Assembly (NCBI GenBank): GCA_031254335.1
Contig: JAIRUP010000003.1
Coordinates: 5,257-69,256 of the forward strand
Reading direction: 5' to 3'
DNA length: 64,000 nucleotides
DNA from: Rickettsiales bacterium
GTDB lineage: Bacteria; Pseudomonadota; Alphaproteobacteria; Rs-D84
The position numbers and the translations under genes are program-made. Positions within the stretch are counted from its first letter, which is position 1; each line of letters opens with the position of its first letter. Of the stretch, positions 55,185 to 64,000 are shown piece by piece. The notes below the pieces were generated by a model. It was not told the origin of the DNA and ran no database searches. It saw only the letters and a list, made by a program, of their open reading frames with translations.

Positions 55185-55628
55185 TTATATTTTCAGGGAT
55201 GGGTTGGATTTTTGCAGGCGGGCAAGGGATTCATTCTGCGCCTTTGCGAATTCCCTTGGGTTCCATATTTGGAAACTGTTGCCCCGGCCGACAAACACCG
55301 CTTCGCCGGAAATGTCCGCGTGTTTCAGCAAGTCTTCCGGAATCACCACGCGGCCTGACACATCGAATTGGAGCGGCCTTGCGTCGGCGAACAGCATGGC
55401 CGTCAAGTCGTCCTGAGTTTTATCAAATGCGCCCAGCTGGTCCGTCGCCGCCGCCATTTTCTCCATCCGGTTCATGCCGAAGCCTTCGATACATTTATTC
55501 GTGAACGAGCGGAACAGGACAATGCCGCCGAAATTCTCCGCCGCGACCGCCGCGCGGAACGAGGCCGGGACCGATATGCGGCCCTTGGTGTCTATGCCGT
55601 TTGTAAAACTTGATAAGAACAATGCCAT
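55185..55628 (-). CDS. mraZ: Transcriptional regulator MraZ
   Basis: Two SpoVT/AbrB-like halves (GIDTKGRISVPASFR ... VSGRVVIPEDLL). Confidence 0.85.
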   Translation of the reverse strand: MALFLSSFTNGIDTKGRISVPASFRAAVAAENFGGIVLFRSFTNKCIEGFGMNRMEKMAAATDQLGAFDKTQDDLTAMLFADARPLQFDVSGRVVIPEDLLKHADISGEAVFVGRGNSFQIWNPREFAKAQNESLARLQKSNPSLKI

Positions 55629-55683
55629 GCCGCTATTCTAGACTGGTAATGCGTGCCTGTCAATGACAAATTTATGTTCATAA

Positions 55684-55698
55684 GTGGGATTGTATGGG
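55684..55698. promoter_or_regulatory. Candidate MraZ operator direct repeats upstream of mraZ
   Basis: gtgggattgtatggg: two TGGG-type repeats at 10-bp periodicity, about 55-70 nt upstream of the mraZ start, in an AT-rich divergent promoter region. Confidence 0.35.
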
Positions 55699-55816
55699 TA
55701 AAACTAGTTAAAATCAATGTTATTTGCATAAACTTAAATAAAATTGAATTTTTTACTTGACCAGCCGATTCGTTTTTATCTATGATTCGGACAGAGAAAC
55801 AAAAAACGGGGGAAAA

Positions 55817-56137
55817 ATGACACAAAACCTAGTTCAGATAATGACCGCTTTGGACCAAGTGCTGGCGAGCGTCGCTTGGCTTGGAGCCGATGGGAAAATC
55901 GACAGTTTGAAGGGGCGTCTGCAAAACGGCGGCACCGACAGCCTTGACAAGCTGCCGCGCGACGCGCTGACCGGCGCTTATATCGCCCTTCAAATCAAGT
56001 GCGACAATTTCGAGCCGGCCGTCGAGAGCCTTAACGACGAAGAGCTTGCTTTGCGCGTCAAAGCCATGGTGTTTTCCGAGGCCAAGAAAATCCTGGATGC
56101 GCGCGTCGCCGCGAAGAAGGAAGTCAAGGCGGCTTGA
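55817..56137 (+). CDS. Hypothetical small protein (106 aa), divergent from mraZ
   Basis: The start is taken at MTQNLVQ (the ORF track opens at 55757); no family recognised. Confidence 0.4.
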   Translation: MTQNLVQIMTALDQVLASVAWLGADGKIDSLKGRLQNGGTDSLDKLPRDALTGAYIALQIKCDNFEPAVESLNDEELALRVKAMVFSEAKKILDARVAAKKEVKAA

Positions 56138-56430
56138 TGTCAAAAAATCCAACCTCGCTTTTTCGTTTTCGGATTAAATCACCGAAAACGAAAAAGCGAG
56201 CTCGATAAGATTTTTTAAGTTTATAAAGTTTCCCGAAGGGGAAGGAAGGGAGAACGCCGCTGATTCAAAACAGCGGCGTTTTTTTGACCCCCCCCACCGT
56301 CCGCCTGCGCTTCGCGCTGGCGCGACGACTCCCCCGCAAGGGGGGAGTTAATTTATAGTGGGATTTTAGTTGACAAAAACAGAAGGGAAGGGTATAATCG
56401 GGGCATCCAATCCCAGCAAAAGGCCCAAAG

Positions 56431-57603
56431 ATGAGCATATTCGGCGTTCAGACATTCGGAATAAAGACCCCTTTGATTCACGACAACGACGACCTTGCCG
56501 CCATCATAAAGCAGACGCTTCTTGACGCCACCCAGGAAGGTTTTTCCCCGCAGGCCGGCGATGTTCTGTGCATAACCGAATCCGTCGTCGCACGCAGCCA
56601 GGGCAATTACGCGACCGCCGCGCAAATCACGAAAGACCTTCAATCCAAATTCGAGGGCGCGGAAAGTTTGGGCGTCGTGTTCCCGATTCTTTCCCGCAAC
56701 CGGTTCGCCGAAATCCTGAAAGCAATCTCCGCAGGGTTCGACCAAGTCGTTTTACAGCTTTCATATCCGTCCGACGAAGTCGGAAACCACCTTGTGTCCC
56801 ACGAGGCCGTCGCCGCCAAAAAAATCAATCCGTATGCCGACAGCTTCGACAGCTGGAAATTCCAGGAAATATTCGGCGACACCAAGCACGCCTTCACGGG
56901 AATCGACTATATCGATTTCTATCGCAAGCTGGACAACAACATCAACATCGTTCTTTGCAACGACCCCGCGCATATCCTTAAACACACTCCGTATGTTCTG
57001 GCCGCCGACATTCATTCCCGCAACCGCACCAAGAAGGCCGTCGCCGAGAAAGGCGCCGAGGAAGTTTTGGGCCTTGACGACATCATGACCGCGCCGGTGG
57101 ACGGCAGCGGGTTCAATCCCGAATACGGCCTGCTTGGCTCCAACATGGCGACGACAGGAAAACTCAAACTCTTTCCGCGCGACTGCAAAAAACTCGCAGA
57201 GGAAATTCAGCGCATGGTTTCCGATATGTTCGGCGTCAGAATAGAAGTCATGGTTTACGGCGACGGCGCATTCAAGGACCCGGTCGGAAAAATTTGGGAG
57301 CTGGCCGACCCCGTCGTATCCCCCGGTTTCACCGACGGCCTGGCCGGGACCCCGAACGAGGTCAAACTGAAATATCAAATCGACAGCATGGACGCCGCCG
57401 GCAAATCCCGCGCGGACGGCGAGGCGGCAATCAAGGAAATGATTTCCGCAAAAGACAAGACACAGCAGCTTGGAACCACTCCGCGCCAATACACCGACCT
57501 CTTGGGCAGCCTTGCGGACCTTTGCAGCGGTTCCGGCGACAAGGGCACGCCGCTTGTCGTCGTGCGGAATTATTTCAGCAATTATTATTCGAATGCGAGG
57601 TAA
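56431..57603 (+). CDS. CofE-like (F420-0:gamma-glutamyl ligase family) protein
   Basis: Motifs resembling CofE: NDDLAAII; GDVLCITESVVARSQG; a C-terminal LGSLADLCSGSGDKGTPLVVVRN. Confidence 0.5.
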   Translation: MSIFGVQTFGIKTPLIHDNDDLAAIIKQTLLDATQEGFSPQAGDVLCITESVVARSQGNYATAAQITKDLQSKFEGAESLGVVFPILSRNRFAEILKAISAGFDQVVLQLSYPSDEVGNHLVSHEAVAAKKINPYADSFDSWKFQEIFGDTKHAFTGIDYIDFYRKLDNNINIVLCNDPAHILKHTPYVLAADIHSRNRTKKAVAEKGAEEVLGLDDIMTAPVDGSGFNPEYGLLGSNMATTGKLKLFPRDCKKLAEEIQRMVSDMFGVRIEVMVYGDGAFKDPVGKIWELADPVVSPGFTDGLAGTPNEVKLKYQIDSMDAAGKSRADGEAAIKEMISAKDKTQQLGTTPRQYTDLLGSLADLCSGSGDKGTPLVVVRNYFSNYYSNAR

Positions 57604-57616
57604 AAGAGGTTAGGGC

Positions 57617-58711
57617 ATGGTTTATAAACTTATCGAGAAAAACATACTATCGGGTTCGTCCTTCGACGACTATCTCATCGTTCCGGGGTATTCCGCCGTC
57701 GTGCCTTCCGATGTTTCCACAAGCATAACGCTGCTCAATAAAAAATACGGGACGCGCCTTCAACTTCGTCTTCCGATTTTCTCGGCCGCCATGGACACCG
57801 TCAGCGAAGCGCGCATGGGAATCGCTATGTCCAAGTCCGGCGGAATCGCCGTAATCCACAAAAACATGACGCCCGAACAGCAGGCCGCGGAAGTCGAAAA
57901 AGTCAAAATAAAACGCTGCAAGGTCGCCGCCGCCACAGGCGTCGGGAAAAAGGGCGTCAAACGCGCGGGCCTTCTTATCGACGCCGGCGTCGACGCGATT
58001 GTCATCGATTCCTCGCACGGGCATTCCAAAAATGTCGGCGACACCGTCGCCGCGCTTCGCAAGAAGTTCCCGCACCTTAACATCATCGCGGGAAATGTCG
58101 CCACCGCGGAAGGCGCGCTTTTCCTTGAACAGGCCGGTGCCAGCATTGTCAAAGTCGGAATCGGCCCGGGTTCGATTTGCACGACCCGCCAGGTAACCGG
58201 ATGCGGCATTCCGCAGCTTGACGCCGTCTACGATGTCGCGCGCGCCATGGACGGCCGGGTGCCGGTAATCGCCGACGGCGGAATCAGATATTCCGGCGAC
58301 ATAACCAAGGCCCTTTCCGCGGGCGCGTCCGCCGTAATGCTTGGCTCCATGCTGGCCGGAACCGAAGAGACCCCAGGCGAGGTCATGAAAAACATGGAAG
58401 GCAAAAAATACAAGCAATACCGCGGCATGGGCTCTATCCCCGCCATGATGAAGGGCAGCGCCGACAGATACGGCCAGGGAAATATCAAAAACAGCAAGAA
58501 ACTTGTCGCAGAGGGAATCGAGGCTTTCGTTCCATATAAGGAAGAAGTTGCGAAACTTCTGTTCCAGCTTAGCGGGGGGCTGCGCGCAGGGATGGGGCTT
58601 GTCGGAGCGAAGTGCATTATGGAGCTTTGGAGCAAGGCGAAGTTCCGCCAGATTACATTCGCCAGCCGGTTGGAGAGCCTTACGCACAGCGTGCAGGAAA
58701 AGATACATTAG
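57617..58711 (+). CDS. guaB: IMP dehydrogenase-family enzyme lacking the CBS/Bateman subdomain (364 aa)
   Basis: [13 protein letters not shown]; IDSSHGHS; [11 protein letters not shown] catalytic-Cys loop; [11 protein letters not shown]; GSMLAGTEE; RGMGS. These align throughout to IMPDH, but there is no insert of about 120 aa between the IHKNM and SSHGHS regions. Confidence 0.8.
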   Translation: MVYKLIEKNILSGSSFDDYLIVPGYSAVVPSDVSTSITLLNKKYGTRLQLRLPIFSAAMDTVSEARMGIAMSKSGGIAVIHKNMTPEQQAAEVEKVKIKRCKVAAATGVGKKGVKRAGLLIDAGVDAIVIDSSHGHSKNVGDTVAALRKKFPHLNIIAGNVATAEGALFLEQAGASIVKVGIGPGSICTTRQVTGCGIPQLDAVYDVARAMDGRVPVIADGGIRYSGDITKALSAGASAVMLGSMLAGTEETPGEVMKNMEGKKYKQYRGMGSIPAMMKGSADRYGQGNIKNSKKLVAEGIEAFVPYKEEVAKLLFQLSGGLRAGMGLVGAKCIMELWSKAKFRQITFASRLESLTHSVQEKIH

Positions 58712-58940
58712 ACGAAAAATCCTGAGCTGGAATTTTCGAATTCGGCTTAAAACCCCCACTACGCTTCGGGAAGCCGACACGCCGCGGACGCCTCAGTCCA
58801 GACGGCGGTCGGGTTTTCTTGGTATTGAACGATTTATCCTCGAAAACGCGAGTGGACTAATATTTTTTGAGTTATTGAGCGGCGGTTCCCGCACGCTTTG
58901 TTGCCGGGATTCCCCGGTCAAGCCGGGGAATGACAATTTA
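58712..58940. repeat. Composite intergenic repeat (D-family terminator element, a gagcggcgg...ccgcacgc linker, then an A-family element)
   Basis: The same module order as 8840..9075 and 20612..20980. Confidence 0.8.
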
Positions 58941-59219
58941 GCGGGAGGCGGGGGTGCGGCACTCGCGCAGCGCGAGGTGCCGGACATTATAATGCGGCTT
59001 GCCGTCCTTCATGAAAAACTGGCTGTCGCTGAAATACTTCTTATTCGCCATCGGGTCGCCCGTTTCAGAGCACGCTTTCCGCGCCGCAGCGGATTCTTCC
59101 GCAGGTTCCCGCGCGCTGTTCAACATGAAAACCGCCAGAGCGATTGTGCCGAATATGGCCACTATTATACGGTTCACGGATGAAACCATTTCTTTTTCTT
59201 GCTGGATTGTCATCGGCAT
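58938..59219 (-). CDS. Hypothetical small membrane protein (93 aa)
   Basis: One TM (IIVAIFGTIALAVFML); weak evidence. Confidence 0.3.
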   Translation of the reverse strand: MPMTIQQEKEMVSSVNRIIVAIFGTIALAVFMLNSAREPAEESAAARKACSETGDPMANKKYFSDSQFFMKDGKPHYNVRHLALRECRTPASR

Positions 59220-59316
59220 ATTCGCACCTCTTTTTTAATTAGGGTATAGCGCGGGGCGGGTTTTGTCAATGAGATAATGCGGCCGAGATTCCCCGGTCAA
59301 GCCGGGGAATGACAAT

Positions 59317-60720
59317 TTATTTTATGGTGCGGAGGATGGCGGGCAGGGTGTCCTTGACGGGAAGGGTTGCGGGCAGCAAGTCCGATTTGATTTCAAACTG
59401 TCCGTTCGCGATATTCTTATCCGAGGAAATTATTCTGACGGGCGCGCCAAGCAAATCCGCGTTCGCAAATTTGCTTCCCGCGCGGTCGTCCGTCGTATCG
59501 ATGATGGCGGGAATGTTGTTTTTAAGAAGTTCTTCGTAAAGTTTTTCCGCTTCCTTACGGGATGACTCGGCGGAGCCGAGGGTTATGATATGGACTTTAT
59601 AGGGGGCGACTTCCAAATTGAATTTTGCGAGAGAGTCGCTGCCGGACTGTTCCAACAACGCGCCCAAACATCTGCTGACGCCAATCCCATAACATCCCAT
59701 GACCGGGTTTTTCCGTTCGCCCTTTTCGTCCGTATATTCCAGCTTCATCGGTTTGGAATATTTGTCGCCCAGCCTGAAAATATTTCCGACTTCGACCGCG
59801 CGGTGCGCGCGGAGTTCGCCGCCGCATTTCGGGCAGACCAGAATATCGTCGGCTTCCTTGTCGCCGTTGGTCAGGATTTCCTTGTTGGAGCGGTAGCCGC
59901 ACGCGCCTTGACCCCCCACCGACGGCGAAGCCGTCGACGACAACGAATCCACCGAATTGAAAATTCGGGGATTCTGCTCGGACGGGAAATCATGCCGCCC
60001 GGCATGATTTCTATTTCCGTCCTCACCCGCATGGAGGGAGTTGTTATTTTGGCATACATATATAATGTCTTCGCCGGTGTCGTTCATCCATTGGAACTCG
60101 TGCGAGAACCGGCTGCTCATATCGCCGCCGGGAGCCAGAACATCAATCACATTTTCAAGGCCCAATCTTTTATATATGCGCTTGTAGGCTTCGAGGATTT
60201 TTTCGTAGGTCGCGTCAAGGTCCGCGTCCGTCGCATGGAACGAATACGCGTCCTTCATCAGGAATTCCCGGCCCCGCATGATTCCGGCGCGGGCGCGCGC
60301 TTCGTCCCTATATTTGTCTTGGATTTGGTAGAGCGTGAACGGAAGCTGCTTGTAGCTTTGCAGCGCGCCGCGAGCATAGTCCACCACGATTTCCTCGTGC
60401 GTGGGATTCAGGGCGAGCTCTTGGCCGCTTCGGTTCTTGAATTTCAGAAGCACATCCATATTCTCGCGCTTCGTTTCCCGCCAGAGCGCGACCGGCGACA
60501 GCACCGGCATGAAGATTTCCTGCGCGCCGGCTTTATTCATTTCGTCGCGGATTATGCTCGATATGTTTTGGATTGCGGCCCAGCCGATGGACGAATAGGT
60601 ATATATTCCCGCCGCCGTTTGATGGACGAAGCCGCCGCGCAGGCTTAACTTATGCCCGTTCGTCGTCGCTTCCGCCGGAAGTTCCTTTTCGCGTTTCAGG
60701 AATAGGTTTTCTATGCGCAT
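59317..60720 (-). CDS. proS: Prolyl-tRNA synthetase (short form without an editing domain) carrying an in-frame repeat insertion
   Basis: Class II aaRS motifs; a C-terminal anticodon-binding region. An insertion of about 45 aa (LHAGEDGNRNHAGRHDFPSEQNPRIFNSVDSLSSTASPSVGGQG) is encoded by the composite repeat 59902..60045. Confidence 0.9.
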   Translation of the reverse strand: MRIENLFLKREKELPAEATTNGHKLSLRGGFVHQTAAGIYTYSSIGWAAIQNISSIIRDEMNKAGAQEIFMPVLSPVALWRETKRENMDVLLKFKNRSGQELALNPTHEEIVVDYARGALQSYKQLPFTLYQIQDKYRDEARARAGIMRGREFLMKDAYSFHATDADLDATYEKILEAYKRIYKRLGLENVIDVLAPGGDMSSRFSHEFQWMNDTGEDIIYVCQNNNSLHAGEDGNRNHAGRHDFPSEQNPRIFNSVDSLSSTASPSVGGQGACGYRSNKEILTNGDKEADDILVCPKCGGELRAHRAVEVGNIFRLGDKYSKPMKLEYTDEKGERKNPVMGCYGIGVSRCLGALLEQSGSDSLAKFNLEVAPYKVHIITLGSAESSRKEAEKLYEELLKNNIPAIIDTTDDRAGSKFANADLLGAPVRIISSDKNIANGQFEIKSDLLPATLPVKDTLPAILRTIK

Positions 60721-60732
60721 TTCATGCTCCTT

Positions 60733-63078
60733 TTAGAACTGGGTTTCGAACGACAGCAGGAACCGGCGCTCGCGGTCGTAGTCCTTGCGCAGGAACGGAT
60801 AGCCCCAGCTGAAATTCATCGGTCCCATCGGCGTGTTCCAATAGACTCCGAATCCATAGGACGCGCGCAAATCCTGGTCAATCATATTCGGCACGCCCAA
60901 TGTTTTCCAATCCTTTTCCGGCGGCTTGCCCAGCACGCCGTAATCCAGGAACACAAATCCCTTCACCTGGTATTCGTCCGGGATGAATATCGGGAAATTC
61001 ATTTGCGTCGTGCCGTTAACCTTCCACAGGCCTCCGAACGCATATCGGTTATTGAACCAAAGCCGCGAGCCGACGCCGGAATTGTCGAATCCGCGCAATG
61101 TTTCGCCGCCCAAGAAATACCTGTATGGGCGCAGAAGGTAGTCGTCTTGGAGCGGGTATATATATCCGCCGTCCAGGCTTGATTTAAGCTGCCATCTTTC
61201 GTCCAGGAAATTCACCAATCCCACAATCGACGAATCTCCGCGCAGGAATGTTTCCGTCCCCCCGAATCCCGTATAGGCCAGCGACAAGGAATACACGACC
61301 CCGGTATGGGTGTTTTGCTGGAAGTTCGTGTCCAAATTGGAATACCGAACCGATGTTCCCAAGGTATAAAGCGCCGTATCCGTCGCGCGCTGCATTTCAA
61401 CATCCGTTATATGGTCCCACATTCCCGACAAGCGGAGCTGCTGCGTCCAATTATCCGTAAGCAGCCAGCCCAGCCTTCCCGTGATTCCCGCCGTGTCCCT
61501 GTTATATCCGTAAGACCCAAGGTTCTTATAGTCGTATTTCACATAGTTCACATCGAAGCCGCCGCTTAACGCGCGCTTCCAAAGATACGGCTCTGTAAAA
61601 CTGAACGCGACCATGTCCTGATACTGCGCGACCTGGCCCTTGATGGACACGATTTGTCCGCGGCCCATGAAGTTCCGTTCGGTAATTCCCGCGTCCACCA
61701 TAAACCCGTTTATGTTCGACCAGCCAACGCCGCCCGACAATTCCCCCGTCGGCTGTTCCTGGACATTGACCGCAAGGTTCATAAGGTTCGTGTCCTCTAT
61801 CCGCGTTGGCGTCATTTCCACCGATTTAAAGAATCCCGTGCGCATGAGGCGTTGGCGCGACTGCTCTATCGTCTGCAACGAGAACGGGTCCTTGGGCTTC
61901 ATCATAAGGTGCCTGTTTATAACGAAATCGAATGTCCGGGAATTGCCCGCGACGATAATATCGTTCAGATACATTCTCGGGGCTTTCCGAATCCTGAATG
62001 TCAAATCGATTGTAAGGCTTTCGTCGTTTTTCTTCGGCTCTATATCGATATTGATAAACGCATAGCCTTTGTCCGCCACGATTTGGCGCAGCTTCGACAT
62101 CGTCATTTCGACTTTTTCCAGATTGTATATGTCGCCCGTCTCGAACTGGACGCCGCGCCGCAAGTCCCGCATTTCAACATCGGGGAACGGATTATCTATA
62201 TCAATCGCCCCGAATTTGAAGCGCGCCCCCTCGACTATCTTGAACTTCACCGAATAATCCCGCCTGTCGGCGGAAAGCCGCCCATACACGCGGCCGACGC
62301 TTACATCCGCGAAGCCGTTCTTCAAGTAAAACTGGCGGATAAGCTGCATGTCGTAATCGATTCTGTCCGCGTCATAGGAATCGAAGCTGGACATGAATTT
62401 CCACCAGGCGTATTCCTGCGACATGACCACGCCGCGGAGCGTTCTGTTCGAAAATTTCTCGTTCCCCTCGAAGTCGATATTGCGGATGCGCGTCCTGTGG
62501 CCCTCGGTTATCTTATACACCACATCCACGCGGTGGTCTTCCGTTATAATCTTCTGAGGCTCTACCTTTGTGTCGAAGAATCCATGCCTTTGATAGAGCG
62601 TGAGTATTCGCTGCGTGTCCGCGCCCACCGTCGCAATCGAAAACGGATTTCTTTCCGCGAGCCTTATTTCCTTTTTCAAATCCTCGGTCGAAATCTCGTC
62701 GTTTCCCTCTGTCGTGATTCGCCCGACAACCGGCGTTTCCGCCACGCGGATTTGGAGCGCGCCGCCCCGGATGTCCGCCGACACTTCCTCGAAGTATCCG
62801 CTTCGCTGCAAGGACTTGGTGATTTGGTTGAGCCGCGCTTTCGATATGTCCTCGCCCGGCTTCGCGCCGACCATCAGGATTACCGACTCGGAGTCTATGC
62901 GCTTGTTGCCGGCGACCGTGATTTTGGAGATTGTTTCGGCGAAGGAAGAAGTGGTTAAAAATAAGGATATGCCGAATAGTCCCCCCACCAAAAACCGCAA
63001 AGCGGTTTTTGACTCCCCCGCAAGGGGGGAGTTAATCTTATGAAATAATGCGAGAGAGAATTTCATTTTACAGACCAA
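60733..63078 (-). CDS. bamA: Outer membrane protein assembly factor BamA
   Basis: Five POTRA-like repeats plus a C-terminal Omp85 beta-barrel ending ...LSFETQF. An N-terminal in-frame C-family insert (62989..63033) encodes HKINSPLAGESKTALRFLVGG. Confidence 0.92.
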   Translation of the reverse strand: MVCKMKFSLALFHKINSPLAGESKTALRFLVGGLFGISLFLTTSSFAETISKITVAGNKRIDSESVILMVGAKPGEDISKARLNQITKSLQRSGYFEEVSADIRGGALQIRVAETPVVGRITTEGNDEISTEDLKKEIRLAERNPFSIATVGADTQRILTLYQRHGFFDTKVEPQKIITEDHRVDVVYKITEGHRTRIRNIDFEGNEKFSNRTLRGVVMSQEYAWWKFMSSFDSYDADRIDYDMQLIRQFYLKNGFADVSVGRVYGRLSADRRDYSVKFKIVEGARFKFGAIDIDNPFPDVEMRDLRRGVQFETGDIYNLEKVEMTMSKLRQIVADKGYAFINIDIEPKKNDESLTIDLTFRIRKAPRMYLNDIIVAGNSRTFDFVINRHLMMKPKDPFSLQTIEQSRQRLMRTGFFKSVEMTPTRIEDTNLMNLAVNVQEQPTGELSGGVGWSNINGFMVDAGITERNFMGRGQIVSIKGQVAQYQDMVAFSFTEPYLWKRALSGGFDVNYVKYDYKNLGSYGYNRDTAGITGRLGWLLTDNWTQQLRLSGMWDHITDVEMQRATDTALYTLGTSVRYSNLDTNFQQNTHTGVVYSLSLAYTGFGGTETFLRGDSSIVGLVNFLDERWQLKSSLDGGYIYPLQDDYLLRPYRYFLGGETLRGFDNSGVGSRLWFNNRYAFGGLWKVNGTTQMNFPIFIPDEYQVKGFVFLDYGVLGKPPEKDWKTLGVPNMIDQDLRASYGFGVYWNTPMGPMNFSWGYPFLRKDYDRERRFLLSFETQF

Positions 63079-64000
63079 GCACCCTTAATAGGTCGTTTTT
63101 GAGGGCGAGGGCCATCAATGCAATCAGCACCGCCCAGCCGCCCATTATAACATAGCTTACCGCTTTCTCGTTAAGTTTGCGGCGCGTTATGCTTTCGATT
63201 GCGATTATCAGCAAATGCCCGCCGTCCAGGGCCGGTATCGGCAGCAGATTGACCACTCCCAAATTTATGCTGAGCATCGCTATCATCGAAAGCAGCGCGA
63301 ACAGGCCCGCGGCCAACGCCTCGCCCGACATTTGCGCTATCATTATAAAGCTGCCCAGCTGCTTGGAATCGCGGTCGCCCGTGAGCAGCTGTCTTATAAC
63401 CGTAAAGAGAAGCGTGGATTGCTCGGCCACTTCGCGCGTCGCGCGGGCGATGACGCCCGCGACCGTGCGTTTCTTGAATTCCGGGTTGGCGTCCGCCGCG
63501 GGCGCGATTCCCCAAGATTTATCCGCAATCAGCCGGACCGTTTCGCCGCCCGCGAATTCGATTTTCACGATAGCATTCCCCGCGCGGGTTTTAATTTTTA
63601 TTATGTCCGCAAATTCATTCACAGGTTGTCCGTAGACGGATTTGACCGTCCAGCCCGGTTTGATTCCCGCGTTATAGGCCAGCGAATTTTCCGCCACCGT
63701 TCCGATTACGGGCCGGACAATCTGCTCGGGCTTGGCCGCGAACAGGAACAGGAATATAATCCATGCCAGCACGAAGTTCATTATTACGCCCGCCGACATG
63801 ATTAGCGCGCGCTTCCAGCGGGGGATGGATTGGAGGCTGGCGGCCGAGATTCCCCGGTCGCGCTTCGCTTGCCGTGGAATGACATTTTTTTTCTTTTTGG
63901 CGGCGGTGGCGGGAGAGGCAACGGGTTTTTCGCCGTATAAATCAACATAGCCGCCGATGGGAAGCCAGCCTATGCGCCATTCAGTTCCGCGCTTGTCCGT
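63068..64000 (-). CDS. rseP: RIP metalloprotease RseP, C-terminal part; the 5' end lies beyond the window
   Basis: GWLPIGGYVDLYGE; PDZ region; C-terminal LLPIPALDGGH motif. A hybrid A/B repeat (63843..63884) is encoded in-frame (NVIPRQAKRDRGISAASLQ). Confidence 0.85.
   Translation of the reverse strand, partial: TDKRGTEWRIGWLPIGGYVDLYGEKPVASPATAAKKKKNVIPRQAKRDRGISAASLQSIPRWKRALIMSAGVIMNFVLAWIIFLFLFAAKPEQIVRPVIGTVAENSLAYNAGIKPGWTVKSVYGQPVNEFADIIKIKTRAGNAIVKIEFAGGETVRLIADKSWGIAPAADANPEFKKRTVAGVIARATREVAEQSTLLFTVIRQLLTGDRDSKQLGSFIMIAQMSGEALAAGLFALLSMIAMLSINLGVVNLLPIPALDGGHLLIIAIESITRRKLNEKAVSYVIMGGWAVLIALMALALKNDLLRVLGL

Noticed and set aside
1-64000. Transposase, integrase or IS elements and rRNA genes
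   Set aside because: No ORF resembles a DDE or serine/tyrosine recombinase and there is no rRNA-like sequence. Mobility signals are limited to the repeat families and the ORF6N gene.

Overview
This window is about 64 kb of a repeat-dense bacterial chromosome. Gene content and order point to an alphaproteobacterium, possibly an obligate intracellular or endosymbiont lineage, but that is inference from sequence alone. Coding GC is roughly 55-60%, with clearly AT-richer islets.

The housekeeping backbone contains the 3' part of rpoB and full rpoC, dnaQ, a uvrD-like helicase, skp, lpxD, purC, fabZ, an FKBP lipoprotein, rpmA and rplU. A TolC-MacA-MacB efflux operon follows. Further on are an RsuA/RluB-type pseudouridine synthase, yidC-lspA-ruvC-recF, rfbC-rfbB, mltG-fabF-acpP, murG-ftsW-mraY and pyrC. 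The end of the window holds a GT2-FkbM fusion, mraZ, a cofE-like gene, a guaB-like gene without the CBS domain, proS, bamA and the 3' part of rseP. There are six tRNA genes: Arg, Thr, Pro, and an Asp-Glu-Phe cluster.

Three things stand out.
- Short palindromic repeats in coding frame: at least five families of short GC-rich palindromic repeats litter the intergenic spaces as composite mosaics. Copies are also inserted in-frame into essential genes (proS, murG, ftsW, bamA, yidC, mltG, macA, tolC, rseP, uvrD) and into a hypothetical membrane protein. This resembles Rickettsia palindromic elements.
- A secreted Cys-rich family: three paralogous secreted proteins of about 670-800 aa share N-terminal Cys-rich motifs followed by different low-complexity tracts. 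Beyond that, only two of them (those at 18064 and 27396) share downstream Cys motifs. They sit near two further secreted ORFs and a mobile-type ORF6N gene.
- An AT-rich ParA islet: a two-gene islet after rpoC carries an unusually long ParA-like ATPase and an unknown partner.

No CRISPR array, rRNA gene or transposase was seen.
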